Source: an uncultured virus (IMG/VR IMGVR_UViG_3300042516_002585)
Lineage: Duplodnaviria; Heunggongvirae; Uroviricota; Caudoviricetes
Strand: one strand, 5' to 3'
Virus record (IMG/VR): IMGVR_UViG_3300042516_002585
DNA: 61,869 nucleotides
In this document: in pieces, positions 13,401-21,175 of the stretch
Position numbering within the stretch: position 1 is the first letter of the stretch
Layout of the letters: each line of letters opens with the position of its first letter
Position numbers and translations under genes: made by a program
Notes under the pieces: model-generated
What the model saw: only the letters and a program-made list of their open reading frames with translations
Databases searched by the model: none
Told to the model about the DNA's origin: nothing

Positions 13401-15086
13401 CCATTATATTCAATTACTGGAAAAGGATCTGGTGCTCAGGCAACAATCACTATCTCTGGTTCTATCGTTTCTGGTGTTAATATTACTTCAGTAGGAAATG
13501 GATATGTAACTGGCGAAATACTAGGAATTACCTCAACAAGCGTTGGTGGTGGTAGTGGTGCCAGAATTGGAGTCAAAACACGCGGAGCTGCTGATTCAAT
13601 TTATCTTACTAATGTTCAAGGTGAAAACTTTACAAACAGTGCGACTCTTGTTTATTATACAAATCCTAATTCAGAATCATCAAGGACTACTGCTACTGCA
13701 ACTGTATCTTCATCATCTCTCATTTCTAACGAATACTCTGGAAATGTTTTTAGAGTTAAGCAGTATAATCATGCACACCATGGGGGCAATAATAAGATTG
13801 AAGTTAATAATGTTTCTCCAGATAGAGAAACAACAACACTTACTGCACCATTTGGTTTAAATGATACTGTCGTATCTGTTGCAAATACAACTATATTCTC
13901 AACATTTGAAGGAATAACAACAAGTCGTGGATATGCGTTGATACAGAATGAGGTTGTATCTTATAGTAATATAACCAGAGTTTCCGGTAACGCAGGAACT
14001 CTTTCAATTGATGGAAGATCTTTAAACAATACAGTTAAAACTCAACACGATGCCGATGAATTTATACAACCCTATGAAGTGAATGGTGTTTCTTTGATGA
14101 GAATTAACAAAACTCACGACATACCTTCATCTTATTATACTTCAGAAAATTCAAATCTAGATAACTACTTCTTAGAGTTTGATAGATCATCCCCAACAAA
14201 TAGATCTAGTGGGGGTTCAATGATTAATTTTGCATCTCAGAAAGGATTTGGTGGAGATACTGTTAGTGTTTCTCAGAACTATCAATTTAGTTCTATTCAA
14301 CCAATGTTCAATATAATTACTCCTGGTAAAGGAACATCAGCATCTGCACAACTTAGAACTATTTCTGGAACGAGTGCTGGTGGATCAGAAGTTTCATTCC
14401 TGGATCAAGGATACGATCCTGTTCCTTTGAATACTGTAGTTCACTATCCAACACCAAGAATGGTTGCATCTAAGATTAATGAGACTACAAGACTAACAAC
14501 ATTACCATCAAATAAATCTTTAACTTTGAAAGTTGACTTCAAAACTGAGGACGAAAATCTATCACCGGTGATGGATATTCAAAATTCTACTTTTATTCTT
14601 GGTAGAAATAGGTCTAATAGTCCAATTTCTAATTATGTGGATGATTCTAGATCTAATCAAATTAATAACGATCCCCATGGATCTGTATTTGTTACTCAGA
14701 TAATTTCTCTTGCTCAACCAGCAACTAGTTTGAGAGTTCTTGTTGCAGCAAATAGACAAGAAAGTGCTGATTTTAGAGTCTTCTATAGATTATTTAAGGC
14801 AGATTCTAGTGATATTCCTCAAAGCTATGTACCATTCCCTGGATATGACAACTTAATTGATACTGATGGTGATGGATTTGGTGATCAAGTTATCAATTTG
14901 AACAATAATAGTGGAAGGGCAGATGCTTTTGTATCACCTAATGATGCAATATCTTATTCAGAGTACCAATTTACTGCAAATAATCTAGAACAATTTGATG
15001 GATTTGCAATTAAAATTGTAATGTCATCAACAAATGAATCAACCCCAGTAAAACTTAAAGATTTTAGATGTATTGCTCTTGCCTAA
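7464..15086 (+). CDS. Very large virion structural protein (VrlC-like)
   Basis: N-terminal NVSPYYDDFD...YRVLFKPG..VQARELT, NYAAPGADRLKI, DPLAQSF and GSLFKSQNG motifs; 2540 aa; position after gp8. Confidence 0.8.
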   Translation: MPQKTNLNVSPYYDDFDKADNYYRVLFKPGYPVQARELTGLQSILQNQVESFGSHIFKEGSMVIPGGVTCDNAFTTIKVNNDHLGIDVTVYLDALKNANTGRGTKVRGQTSGVVGTIKGYLLPPEEGVEQITLFVKYRDGADDGEGIEFLDGEVLILEENITYGNTALNSGDSVLTLVSTNSTATGYAVGVSQGVYFIRGIFLDVPNTQIILDPYNNEPSYRVGFDILEEIVTSDDDVDLNDNAKGFTNYAAPGADRLKISVKLSKKQLTDFNDTNFVELVKIDKGQIKKLQNKSDYSVIKDYFAKRTFEESGNYAVNPFTISVANSLNDEIGNGGLYLEGEKTEQGNIPSDDLLSVKVSAGTAYVKGFDIDLVGGAVVDAPKPRTTKKVDSALVPFATGSLLKVNNVHGVPYLNIGASQSGAQTTQANIIELYNRRRDASGDGPGTAGGGGTKIGEARVYWYGVSDAQYTGDSTTWDLYLFDVQTYTTLYLAKEYTTTEVPLSSFIRGLSSGATGYLAAKPNSSAYSLSQTSGTFLVGEQVIINENPELKIGIQALNAYTTEDIKSVYQDSTALNSSLQADFFADTVLYERTPPNFSITDKLTISSGTTGRVAGRFFSGTTGIKTEAIIKYQFSGQSDPNYNRITAIAADGTNITLASAGVAVTSVARVSVDNGDSVFSLMEPKITNLDSSGLYTILPKENIASVDLSQSELTITKQITGRSTNAFGSLTITASDALDSTSGITSAFFESFDAERYSVHYSDGTTDELNSGKFTLGSNGNSITFTGLRINQSNITVIATLKKRQVTNKSKEFIRSRQLSVIRTSGISTQTGSSATGLSTSKYYGLRVEDNEISLNVPDVVNVRAVYESTDTSTPVLDKLTFATGLALDSNAITGEQLMGQTSRAVAQIVNKAAATIEFVPLNENKFEVGETVIFKESSISAVIQQITPGSYINKTNDYTLDKSHKSQYCDYSRIRRKVGSSIPSRQLLIIFDYYKVASGNSGDLFTVNSYTQDRYLNDIPIIPDQIRASDVLDFRPRVQEFDPSTTNASPFAFSSRSYESTFRYAISPDETSFIGYSYYLPRVDLVTVNRLGEVEIVQGEPSDTPRAPFLADDAMELAQISYPAYLYNPQKDPKILLRDNRRFTMRDIGKLEQRIENLEDITSLSMLELKAQTLEVTDANGLNRFKSGFVVTSFKDKSLADMRYTTIDISKSDPTGITPVDFWSIPAELALDPGIDRSTTDITQNLKLLDPNIQKTGDLLTLAYTEVDWIEQPHATNVENVNPFNVIVFVGGVVLDPASDNWVRTIYIDEHRTESTGANWVQEANTFVNENVTEFNGPHPNADGTRIIKRGSLVTTTTTTTTQYTPKLTGPSREFNYVEDVKISGDVDPFMRSRNVYFAANGLRPFTKHYHYLDSQQVDIIPKLCEIEMQSGTFQVFENARIYKRYAGGKQIGYIRIQKPNHKFGDTSRPDIGAGLGAPDVLVETYTVDPYDKTRPAPGDSYSATSKLINFGVRALANEERYYGYVENGSIIVGETSGAIAKIKRAELVTDNWGDVIGNFFFRDPNSNPPPLSKVRSGTKTVKVTAVPPGVTPLPGSTVFASEALGTYSGSGTILTQETSRVSVRNPPPPVAKPTDIQVQTKAVHRDPLAQSFTVDGKGVFLTSFDLYFAAKDPQAKIYVELRTVELGTPTSFLVQDYTQVALNPDQINIAETTFGVKSMAGFDDAASGATPGQFGYEVDYPYAKSQGFSDADIRYFLENVYTGNIGTKMKEILMDTSWGVYAKPTIPEPVPTRVRFPSPVFLEAGREYAIVILSPASDAYEMWTATMGKKTVKTQNLPDSQNVIVTKQYIGGSLFKSQNGTIWTASQYQDLTFKLYKAKFVPSGTLTFYNTDLTPGGTNVQTLESNPVEGLPRKLKVSISGTLNPVVVPGTKIGEGSSPSITGIVENLGGPISATGTGSVGIVAVGAGYSNGTYTSVPLYSITGKGSGAQATITISGSIVSGVNITSVGNGYVTGEILGITSTSVGGGSGARIGVKTRGAADSIYLTNVQGENFTNSATLVYYTNPNSESSRTTATATVSSSSLISNEYSGNVFRVKQYNHAHHGGNNKIEVNNVSPDRETTTLTAPFGLNDTVVSVANTTIFSTFEGITTSRGYALIQNEVVSYSNITRVSGNAGTLSIDGRSLNNTVKTQHDADEFIQPYEVNGVSLMRINKTHDIPSSYYTSENSNLDNYFLEFDRSSPTNRSSGGSMINFASQKGFGGDTVSVSQNYQFSSIQPMFNIITPGKGTSASAQLRTISGTSAGGSEVSFLDQGYDPVPLNTVVHYPTPRMVASKINETTRLTTLPSNKSLTLKVDFKTEDENLSPVMDIQNSTFILGRNRSNSPISNYVDDSRSNQINNDPHGSVFVTQIISLAQPATSLRVLVAANRQESADFRVFYRLFKADSSDIPQSYVPFPGYDNLIDTDGDGFGDQVINLNNNSGRADAFVSPNDAISYSEYQFTANNLEQFDGFAIKIVMSSTNESTPVKLKDFRCIALA

Positions 15087-15087
15087 T

Positions 15088-15303
15088 ATGACTGATACTA
15101 ATGATTTAATTCCTGTTGAAGGTTATAATAATCTTTTTAGGGATAGAAATACTGGTGCTATACTTAATAAAGACAAATCTGCTTACAATAATTATATGAG
15201 AATGAAAGATCAAAAGCAGAAAGAAAAAAATGAAATAGATCAGATTAAATCTGATATTGAAGAAATTAAATTTTTATTAAAGGAGTTAATTAATGGATCC
15301 TGA
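15088..15303 (+). CDS. Hypothetical protein (small, coiled-coil C-terminus)
   Basis: ATG at 15088 right after the previous stop; VEG..NLFRD..TGAILN motif. Confidence 0.7.
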   Translation: MTDTNDLIPVEGYNNLFRDRNTGAILNKDKSAYNNYMRMKDQKQKEKNEIDQIKSDIEEIKFLLKELINGS

Positions 15304-15493
15304 TAAAATTAATTTAGAGAATCTAAGCAAAAGTTTTGAATATTTTAAAGCAGCATCAGAAATTGATAATATCGAATGTTTAGATACTCTAAGAAACATT
15401 GCAAAATCTTATCTAAAACTTTATTTTAAGCAACAAGAAGTCATTTCTTCTTTTGGTACTTCATTTGAATCTATCGGATTTGATCAAGTATAA
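15293..15493 (+). CDS. Hypothetical protein
   Basis: 66-aa ORF overlapping the previous gene; LSKSFEY motif. Confidence 0.65.
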   Translation: MDPDKINLENLSKSFEYFKAASEIDNIECLDTLRNIAKSYLKLYFKQQEVISSFGTSFESIGFDQV

Positions 15494-15496
15494 ATA
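15489..15496 (+). promoter_or_regulatory. T4-type late promoter
   Basis: TATAAATA upstream of 15523. Confidence 0.7.
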
Positions 15497-15522
15497 TATT
15501 TTAGATCCTGAACTGTTTATAA

Positions 15523-15750
15523 ATGGCAGAAATTAAGGTCAGAGTAGGGCAACAACCCGCAGTAAAAGTTATATCTTCACTTGCTGGTGCTCAAGGTCTT
15601 TCTTTGTCTGAACTTAGTGATGTTAATGCCACAAATCTACTTGATGGTATGGTTCTAGTTTATAATGGTGCCACTAGAAAATGGGACGCTACATTAACCC
15701 TTACACCAGGGGCAACACAGAATTTAGACATCAACGGGGGAAATTTCTAA
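15523..15750 (+). CDS. Small virion/fibre-associated protein
   Basis: LSELSDV...DGMVLVYN...KW fibre-type motif; ends in INGGNF. Confidence 0.65.
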   Translation: MAEIKVRVGQQPAVKVISSLAGAQGLSLSELSDVNATNLLDGMVLVYNGATRKWDATLTLTPGATQNLDINGGNF

Positions 15751-17430
15751 ATGGCAAGTATTATTAGGATCAAAAGATCCTCAGGTACTAACAAACCTTC
15801 TAGTCTAAATTGGGGTGAATTAGCATATGTAACAGGTATTGGAAGTTACGGGGGTCTTAATCAATATAAAGATAGAATTTATGTTGGTGATGATGGTAAT
15901 AATGTAAATCCAGTAGGTGGATATTATTATACCTCCATGATGGAGCACCAACCAGGCACTATTGCTGGTGTTTCAAATACAAGAAATAGTGATGGTGGTA
16001 TAGTTGCTGTTCTTGATAGCAATAGAAAAGTAGATCAGTGGAACGTAGATAACTTACGTCTTGATGGTAATACATTATTATCAACTAATACTGATGGTGA
16101 TATTGTTTTAGATCCAAATGGAACTGGTGAAGTTAATATTGTTGATGATAATTATCTAAGTTTTGGTAATGATAAAGATGTAAAACTTAGATATGATGAA
16201 GCAACTGATAATAGATTTGAAATAGAAGGTGCTGATTGGGCATTTGCCGATGGCGTAGCAATTAACATTGGCGATATAACTGAATCTACCAATAAAGACA
16301 CCGGTGCTCTTGTAGTTGAGGGTGGTGTTGGAATTGATAAAAATCTGAATGTTGGTGGATCAATAAACATTAGTGGAACATCAATATTTGACTCTGTTAG
16401 AATTGAAAATAATGTAATATCGACATTACCTGGTAGTGGTGATACCCTATACATTGATCCATATCCTGATGGATTAAGTAGTGATGGAACAGTTGTTATT
16501 AAAGGTAATCTGCATGTTGATGGAACAACCACATCAGTAAACTCAACAGTTCTATCAATTAATGATCCAATAATTGTTATTGGTGACGTAACAAGCACTA
16601 GAACTGTTATGTCGCCAGTGGCATCTGGTGTTTCGACAATTACTATTGATTCTGTAGTTGGCATCAATACCGGAGATATTATTCAAGGTAGTGCATCATT
16701 ACCAAATAGTGGTATAACAACTATTACAGCATATAATAGTACCACAAAAATTATTACTATTCAAGGAACCACAACTGCTGGAATTAGTACAACTACACAA
16801 TTAACAATTACACATGCATTTGATACTAATACTGATCGTGGTGTTGCTTTTGATTATAATACTGGCGTAGGTACAGCAAACAATAAGACTGGATTTTTTG
16901 GTTATATTGATGGTACAAATACTGGTAGTGCCGCACCAGCAAGATCATGGACTTATATTCCAGATTCTACAATTACATCTCCTGGAAATGTAACTGGAAC
17001 AAGAGGATATCTTGATGTTAAGGGTATCTATTACCAAACAGGTGATTTTAATACTCACGGTGTTGTATATTTTGATTCTGACGGACTTCAAACATCTACA
17101 AATAATCCAGCATCACCAGTAATCACATCTAAGCAGGTATTAACTGCTATCACAAAAATTACACTTGCATTACCATCTTCTATTACTGTTACAGCAGGTG
17201 ATTTAATTCGCCAGGATACGAGTAATGCATATGGAATTGTTGAAACTGGTGGAACATTAGTATCAGTAAGTCTGATAGGTGTTGAGGGTACATTTACTAA
17301 TACTTATAATATTAGAAAAGAAGGTGATAATGGAGCAATTCAAAATCTCTCCATAACACCCTCTACCGTTTCGACCATATATACTAATAAGCCACATTGG
17401 ACATCAACTCTAGACGGGGGAACTTTTTGA
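15751..17430 (+). CDS. Tail fibre/whisker-like structural protein
   Basis: N-terminal IRIKRS...P..L..GELA fibre-attachment motif, GALVVEGGVGI repeat, C-terminal LDGGTF; lies just before gp13. Confidence 0.7.
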   Translation: MASIIRIKRSSGTNKPSSLNWGELAYVTGIGSYGGLNQYKDRIYVGDDGNNVNPVGGYYYTSMMEHQPGTIAGVSNTRNSDGGIVAVLDSNRKVDQWNVDNLRLDGNTLLSTNTDGDIVLDPNGTGEVNIVDDNYLSFGNDKDVKLRYDEATDNRFEIEGADWAFADGVAINIGDITESTNKDTGALVVEGGVGIDKNLNVGGSINISGTSIFDSVRIENNVISTLPGSGDTLYIDPYPDGLSSDGTVVIKGNLHVDGTTTSVNSTVLSINDPIIVIGDVTSTRTVMSPVASGVSTITIDSVVGINTGDIIQGSASLPNSGITTITAYNSTTKIITIQGTTTAGISTTTQLTITHAFDTNTDRGVAFDYNTGVGTANNKTGFFGYIDGTNTGSAAPARSWTYIPDSTITSPGNVTGTRGYLDVKGIYYQTGDFNTHGVVYFDSDGLQTSTNNPASPVITSKQVLTAITKITLALPSSITVTAGDLIRQDTSNAYGIVETGGTLVSVSLIGVEGTFTNTYNIRKEGDNGAIQNLSITPSTVSTIYTNKPHWTSTLDGGTF

Positions 17431-17433
17431 TTC

Positions 17434-17646
17434 ATGACAAGAGATAGTGAAGTTGATATTAATGTTTTAGTGCGTTTGTATAATCAAAAATTATCAACAC
17501 TAACAAATCAAAATGTTTTGTTAGAAGCAAAACTCCAAACTTTATCTGATGATTTTGCTCAAGAAAAAAATGAACTTTTAGCAGCAAATCTTGAACTTCA
17601 AAATAAGTATGATGAGTTGAAGAAATCCAAAGAATCTGAAGAGTAA
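17434..17646 (+). CDS. Small coiled-coil protein
   Basis: 70-aa heptad-rich ORF in operon context. Confidence 0.7.
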   Translation: MTRDSEVDINVLVRLYNQKLSTLTNQNVLLEAKLQTLSDDFAQEKNELLAANLELQNKYDELKKSKESEE

Positions 17647-17654
17647 AGAGAAAA

Positions 17655-18491
17655 ATGGCAAAACCAGCAAGTAGGCAAGAACTTATTGATTACTGTCTAA
17701 GGCGTCTAGGAGCGCCTGTGCTGGAAATTAATGTTGATGATGATCAAATTGATGATCTAGTCGACGATGCCCTTCAATACTTCAATGAGCGCCATTTTGA
17801 TGGTGTTGAAAGAATGTATTTAAAGTATCAAATAACACAAGATGATATTGATAGGGGTAAAGCAACTTCAAAGACACCAAGAGGACCTGGAATTACAACA
17901 TCAACAGCAACATCGACAACTGGAACAACATATAATTGGTATGAGTCTTCAAATTATATTCAAGTTCCAGATTCAGTAATTGGTATTGAAAATGTATTTA
18001 AGTTTGATACTAGTTCCATCTCTGGTGGAATGTTTAGTATCAAATATCAGTTATTTTTAAATGACTTATATTATTTTAACTCGGTTGAGCTTTTACAATA
18101 TTCCATGGTTAAATCATATCTATCAGATATTGATTTTTTACTTACAACAGATAAACAGTTAAGATTTAATAAAAGACAAAATAGATTATATTTGGATATT
18201 GAATGGGGAGCACAATCTGCCGGAAACTTTCTTGTCTTGGATTGTTATAGAATTTTAAATCCAAATGATTTTACAAAAGTCTATAATGATAGTTTTGTAA
18301 AAAGATATTTAACTGCATTAATTAAGAGGCAGTGGGGTCAAAACTTAATCAAGTTTAGAGGAGTTAAATTGCCAGGTGGACTGGAATTTAATGGTAGAGA
18401 AATCTATGAAGATGCTGAAAGAGAAATTGATGAAATAACCAAGAGAATGTCAATGGATTATGAACTTCCACCATACGACTTTATTGGATAA
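17655..18491 (+). CDS. gp13: Neck protein gp13
   Basis: LIDYCLRRLGAPVLEINVDDDQ; KRQWGQNLIKF..VKLPGG. Confidence 0.95.
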   Translation: MAKPASRQELIDYCLRRLGAPVLEINVDDDQIDDLVDDALQYFNERHFDGVERMYLKYQITQDDIDRGKATSKTPRGPGITTSTATSTTGTTYNWYESSNYIQVPDSVIGIENVFKFDTSSISGGMFSIKYQLFLNDLYYFNSVELLQYSMVKSYLSDIDFLLTTDKQLRFNKRQNRLYLDIEWGAQSAGNFLVLDCYRILNPNDFTKVYNDSFVKRYLTALIKRQWGQNLIKFRGVKLPGGLEFNGREIYEDAEREIDEITKRMSMDYELPPYDFIG

Positions 18492-19939
18492 TGGCACTTA
18501 ATCCTTTCTTTTTACAGGGAACATCTTCTGAACAAAGACTTATTCAGGATTTGGTAAATGAGCATCTTAGAATGCATGGAATTGAGGTTGTTTATATTCC
18601 AAGAAAATTTGTTAATAGAAAAACTATCATAGAAGAAGTACAAACTTCTAGATTTGATGATAACTTTGCAATTGAAGCATATGTAAACTCATATGATGGG
18701 TATTCTGGGGCAGGAGATATTTTAACAAAGTTTGGAATGAGTTTGAGGGATGAATTATTAATTACAATCTCAAAGGAAAGATTTGAAGATTTTATTGCAC
18801 CATTTCTAGGTGCATTGGATGATGGTAGTGGTGAAGGTGAAGTTATTTTAAGCACTAGACCAAGAGAAGGAGATTTAATTTATTTTCCTCTTGGTCAAAG
18901 ACTTTTTGAAGTTAAATTTGTAGAACATGAACAACCTTTTTACCAATTAGGTAAGAATTATGTTTATGAATTAAAATGTGAACTCTTTGAATATGAAGAC
19001 GAGATTATTGATACCTCTATCGATGAAATTGATACCCAAGTTCAGGAAGAAGGTTATATTACAACTTTAAAATTGATTGGAGTTGGTAGAACAGCAACAG
19101 CATCAGGATCAATACTTGGTTCAGTTGGTTCGGGTTATATTAAACAAATTTTCTTAAATAATGATGGTTATGGATATACTTCCTCACCAATAGTTGCAAT
19201 AAGTAGTTCACCAACAGGATTATCTGGGGATAATGCAACGGCAGTTGCTATTACGACAGTTAGAGGTGGAGTTAGATCTGTTGAGAGAATTTACTTGACA
19301 AATGCTGGTGCAGGTTATACTGTTCCACCAACCATAACGATTTCTGGTGGAGGAGGGGCAGGTGCTGCTGCAACATGTTCAATAGAAACAACTTATAATG
19401 GTGTTATAAGATTTACTATAAATGATTCAGGTGTTGGATATGGAACTGCACCAGTTGTTACAGTCTCCGCACCTGGGCAATTATCAATTAATGGTATAGG
19501 ACAAACTGCTGTTGGTATTGCTTCCATGGGTATAGTTGGTAGTTCAAACGTTGTAAGAGCAATATATGTTTCTAATCCTGGTTTTGGATATACTTCAGCA
19601 CCAACAATAACTATTGCAAATCCAGAAACACTTACTGGATTTGGAACTTATCTGTTTAATGAGGTTATAAGAGGTTCTAGATCACAAATTAGAGCAAGAG
19701 TTAAAAGTTGGGACAAAGATACTAATATTCTTAAAATTTCAAATGTTGGAATTGGTGCGACACAACTTACATTTATACCAGGTGAAACGATCATTGGAAC
19801 AGAATCGGGAGCTCTTTACACTGTTCAAGGTTTTGAAAGAATGGATACATATGATAAATATAGTCAAAATGATGAGATTGAAGAAGAAGCAGATCTCATT
19901 GTAGATTTTTCAGAATCAAATCCTTTTGGTAATTACTAA
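18491..19939 (+). CDS. gp14: Neck protein gp14 with internal repeat insertion
   Basis: RPREGDLIYFPL...FEVKFVEHE.PFYQLGK; ends DFSESNPFG. Confidence 0.92.
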   Translation: MALNPFFLQGTSSEQRLIQDLVNEHLRMHGIEVVYIPRKFVNRKTIIEEVQTSRFDDNFAIEAYVNSYDGYSGAGDILTKFGMSLRDELLITISKERFEDFIAPFLGALDDGSGEGEVILSTRPREGDLIYFPLGQRLFEVKFVEHEQPFYQLGKNYVYELKCELFEYEDEIIDTSIDEIDTQVQEEGYITTLKLIGVGRTATASGSILGSVGSGYIKQIFLNNDGYGYTSSPIVAISSSPTGLSGDNATAVAITTVRGGVRSVERIYLTNAGAGYTVPPTITISGGGGAGAAATCSIETTYNGVIRFTINDSGVGYGTAPVVTVSAPGQLSINGIGQTAVGIASMGIVGSSNVVRAIYVSNPGFGYTSAPTITIANPETLTGFGTYLFNEVIRGSRSQIRARVKSWDKDTNILKISNVGIGATQLTFIPGETIIGTESGALYTVQGFERMDTYDKYSQNDEIEEEADLIVDFSESNPFGNY

Positions 19940-20739
19940 TGTTAGGAACCTATTATTATCACGAAATTATAAGAAAGACCATAATTGCTTTCGGTACACT
20001 TTTTAATCAAATTCATATTCGTCACACTGATCAGAGTGGAAATAACGTTAGTGATATGAGGGTTCCTATTGCTTATGGTCCAAGACAAAAATTTCTTGCG
20101 AGAATTCAACAGCAACCAGAATTAAATAAAGCAACACAAATTTCGTTACCAAGAATGTCATTTGAGATGACTTCTATTCAATACGACCCAACAAGGAAAA
20201 CAAGTGTAACTCAAACATTTAAAGCATGTGATGATGGTGGAAAAATAAAAAAAGTTTTTATGCCTGTTCCATATAATATTGGATTCGAATTAAATATTTT
20301 AACTAAGTTAAATGATGATGCTTTGCAGATCGTAGAGCAAGTTTTACCGTATTTTCAACCAGGATTTAATTTAACAATAGATTTAGTTGATTCTATTGGT
20401 GAACAAAGGGATATTCCCATGGTTTTAGAAAATATATCTTTTCAGGATGATTATGAGGGTGATTTTTCTACCAGAAGAGCTTTAATATATACTTTATCAT
20501 TTACAGCAAAGACTTATCTGTTTGGACCAATTGCAGAAAGTTCAGAAGGTCTTATTCGCAAGGTACAGGTTGATCTTTATACAAATACCGATGTTGCTAA
20601 TGCTAAACGTGAAGTAAGATATACAGTTACTCCTGATCCTTATGATGCAAATCCAGATGATGACTTCGGATTTAATGAAAATTGGGAATTCTTTGGAGAC
20701 TCAAAAGAATTTAGTCCAACTCGTAAAATAGATATCTAA
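19939..20739 (+). CDS. gp15: Tail sheath stabiliser/terminator gp15
   Basis: YYHEIIRKTIIAFGTLFN, VPIAYGP, LPRMSFE, QIVEQVLPYFQP. Confidence 0.95.
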   Translation: MLGTYYYHEIIRKTIIAFGTLFNQIHIRHTDQSGNNVSDMRVPIAYGPRQKFLARIQQQPELNKATQISLPRMSFEMTSIQYDPTRKTSVTQTFKACDDGGKIKKVFMPVPYNIGFELNILTKLNDDALQIVEQVLPYFQPGFNLTIDLVDSIGEQRDIPMVLENISFQDDYEGDFSTRRALIYTLSFTAKTYLFGPIAESSEGLIRKVQVDLYTNTDVANAKREVRYTVTPDPYDANPDDDFGFNENWEFFGDSKEFSPTRKIDI

Positions 20740-20745
20740 TAAATT

Positions 20746-21165
20746 ATGTCAAATAACTATGATAGCATTGACAATGCCTTGAATATAAAAAGTGAAATAG
20801 TTAATGTTGAAAAAGAAACTCCAATTGTTAAGGTTGAAAGTTCTAGTAATGACATTAAAAAAGATTATGAATATACAAGAGCAAATTTATATTCTCTTAT
20901 AGAAAAGGGGCAAGAAGCCATTAATGGAATAATGGAACTTGCAGCAGAGAGTGATCAACCAAGAGCATATGAAGTTGCTGGTCAGTTGATTAAGAGTGTA
21001 GGTGATGTAACAGATAAATTGATTGACTTACAAAAGAAATTAAAAGATGTTGAGGAAGATACTGTAAAAACAACTAATAATGTTACTAATAATGCAGTGT
21101 TTGTTGGATCAACTTCGGAACTTTCAAAGTTACTTAAACAAGGTTTTCTAAATAATAAAGAATAG
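20746..21165 (+). CDS. gp16: Terminase small subunit gp16
   Basis: DYEYTRANLY, PRAYEVAGQLIK, FVGSTSEL. Confidence 0.93.
   Translation: MSNNYDSIDNALNIKSEIVNVEKETPIVKVESSSNDIKKDYEYTRANLYSLIEKGQEAINGIMELAAESDQPRAYEVAGQLIKSVGDVTDKLIDLQKKLKDVEEDTVKTTNNVTNNAVFVGSTSELSKLLKQGFLNNKE
21148..21154 (+). promoter_or_regulatory. Late promoter variant
   Basis: CTAAATA upstream of 21176. Confidence 0.55.
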
Positions 21166-21175
21166 ATTTTTTCTT

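Noticed and set aside
16152..16667. 171-aa minus-strand ORF and other short antisense ORFs within structural genes
   Set aside because: Shadows of G/T/S/V-rich sense genes with no independent evidence of expression.
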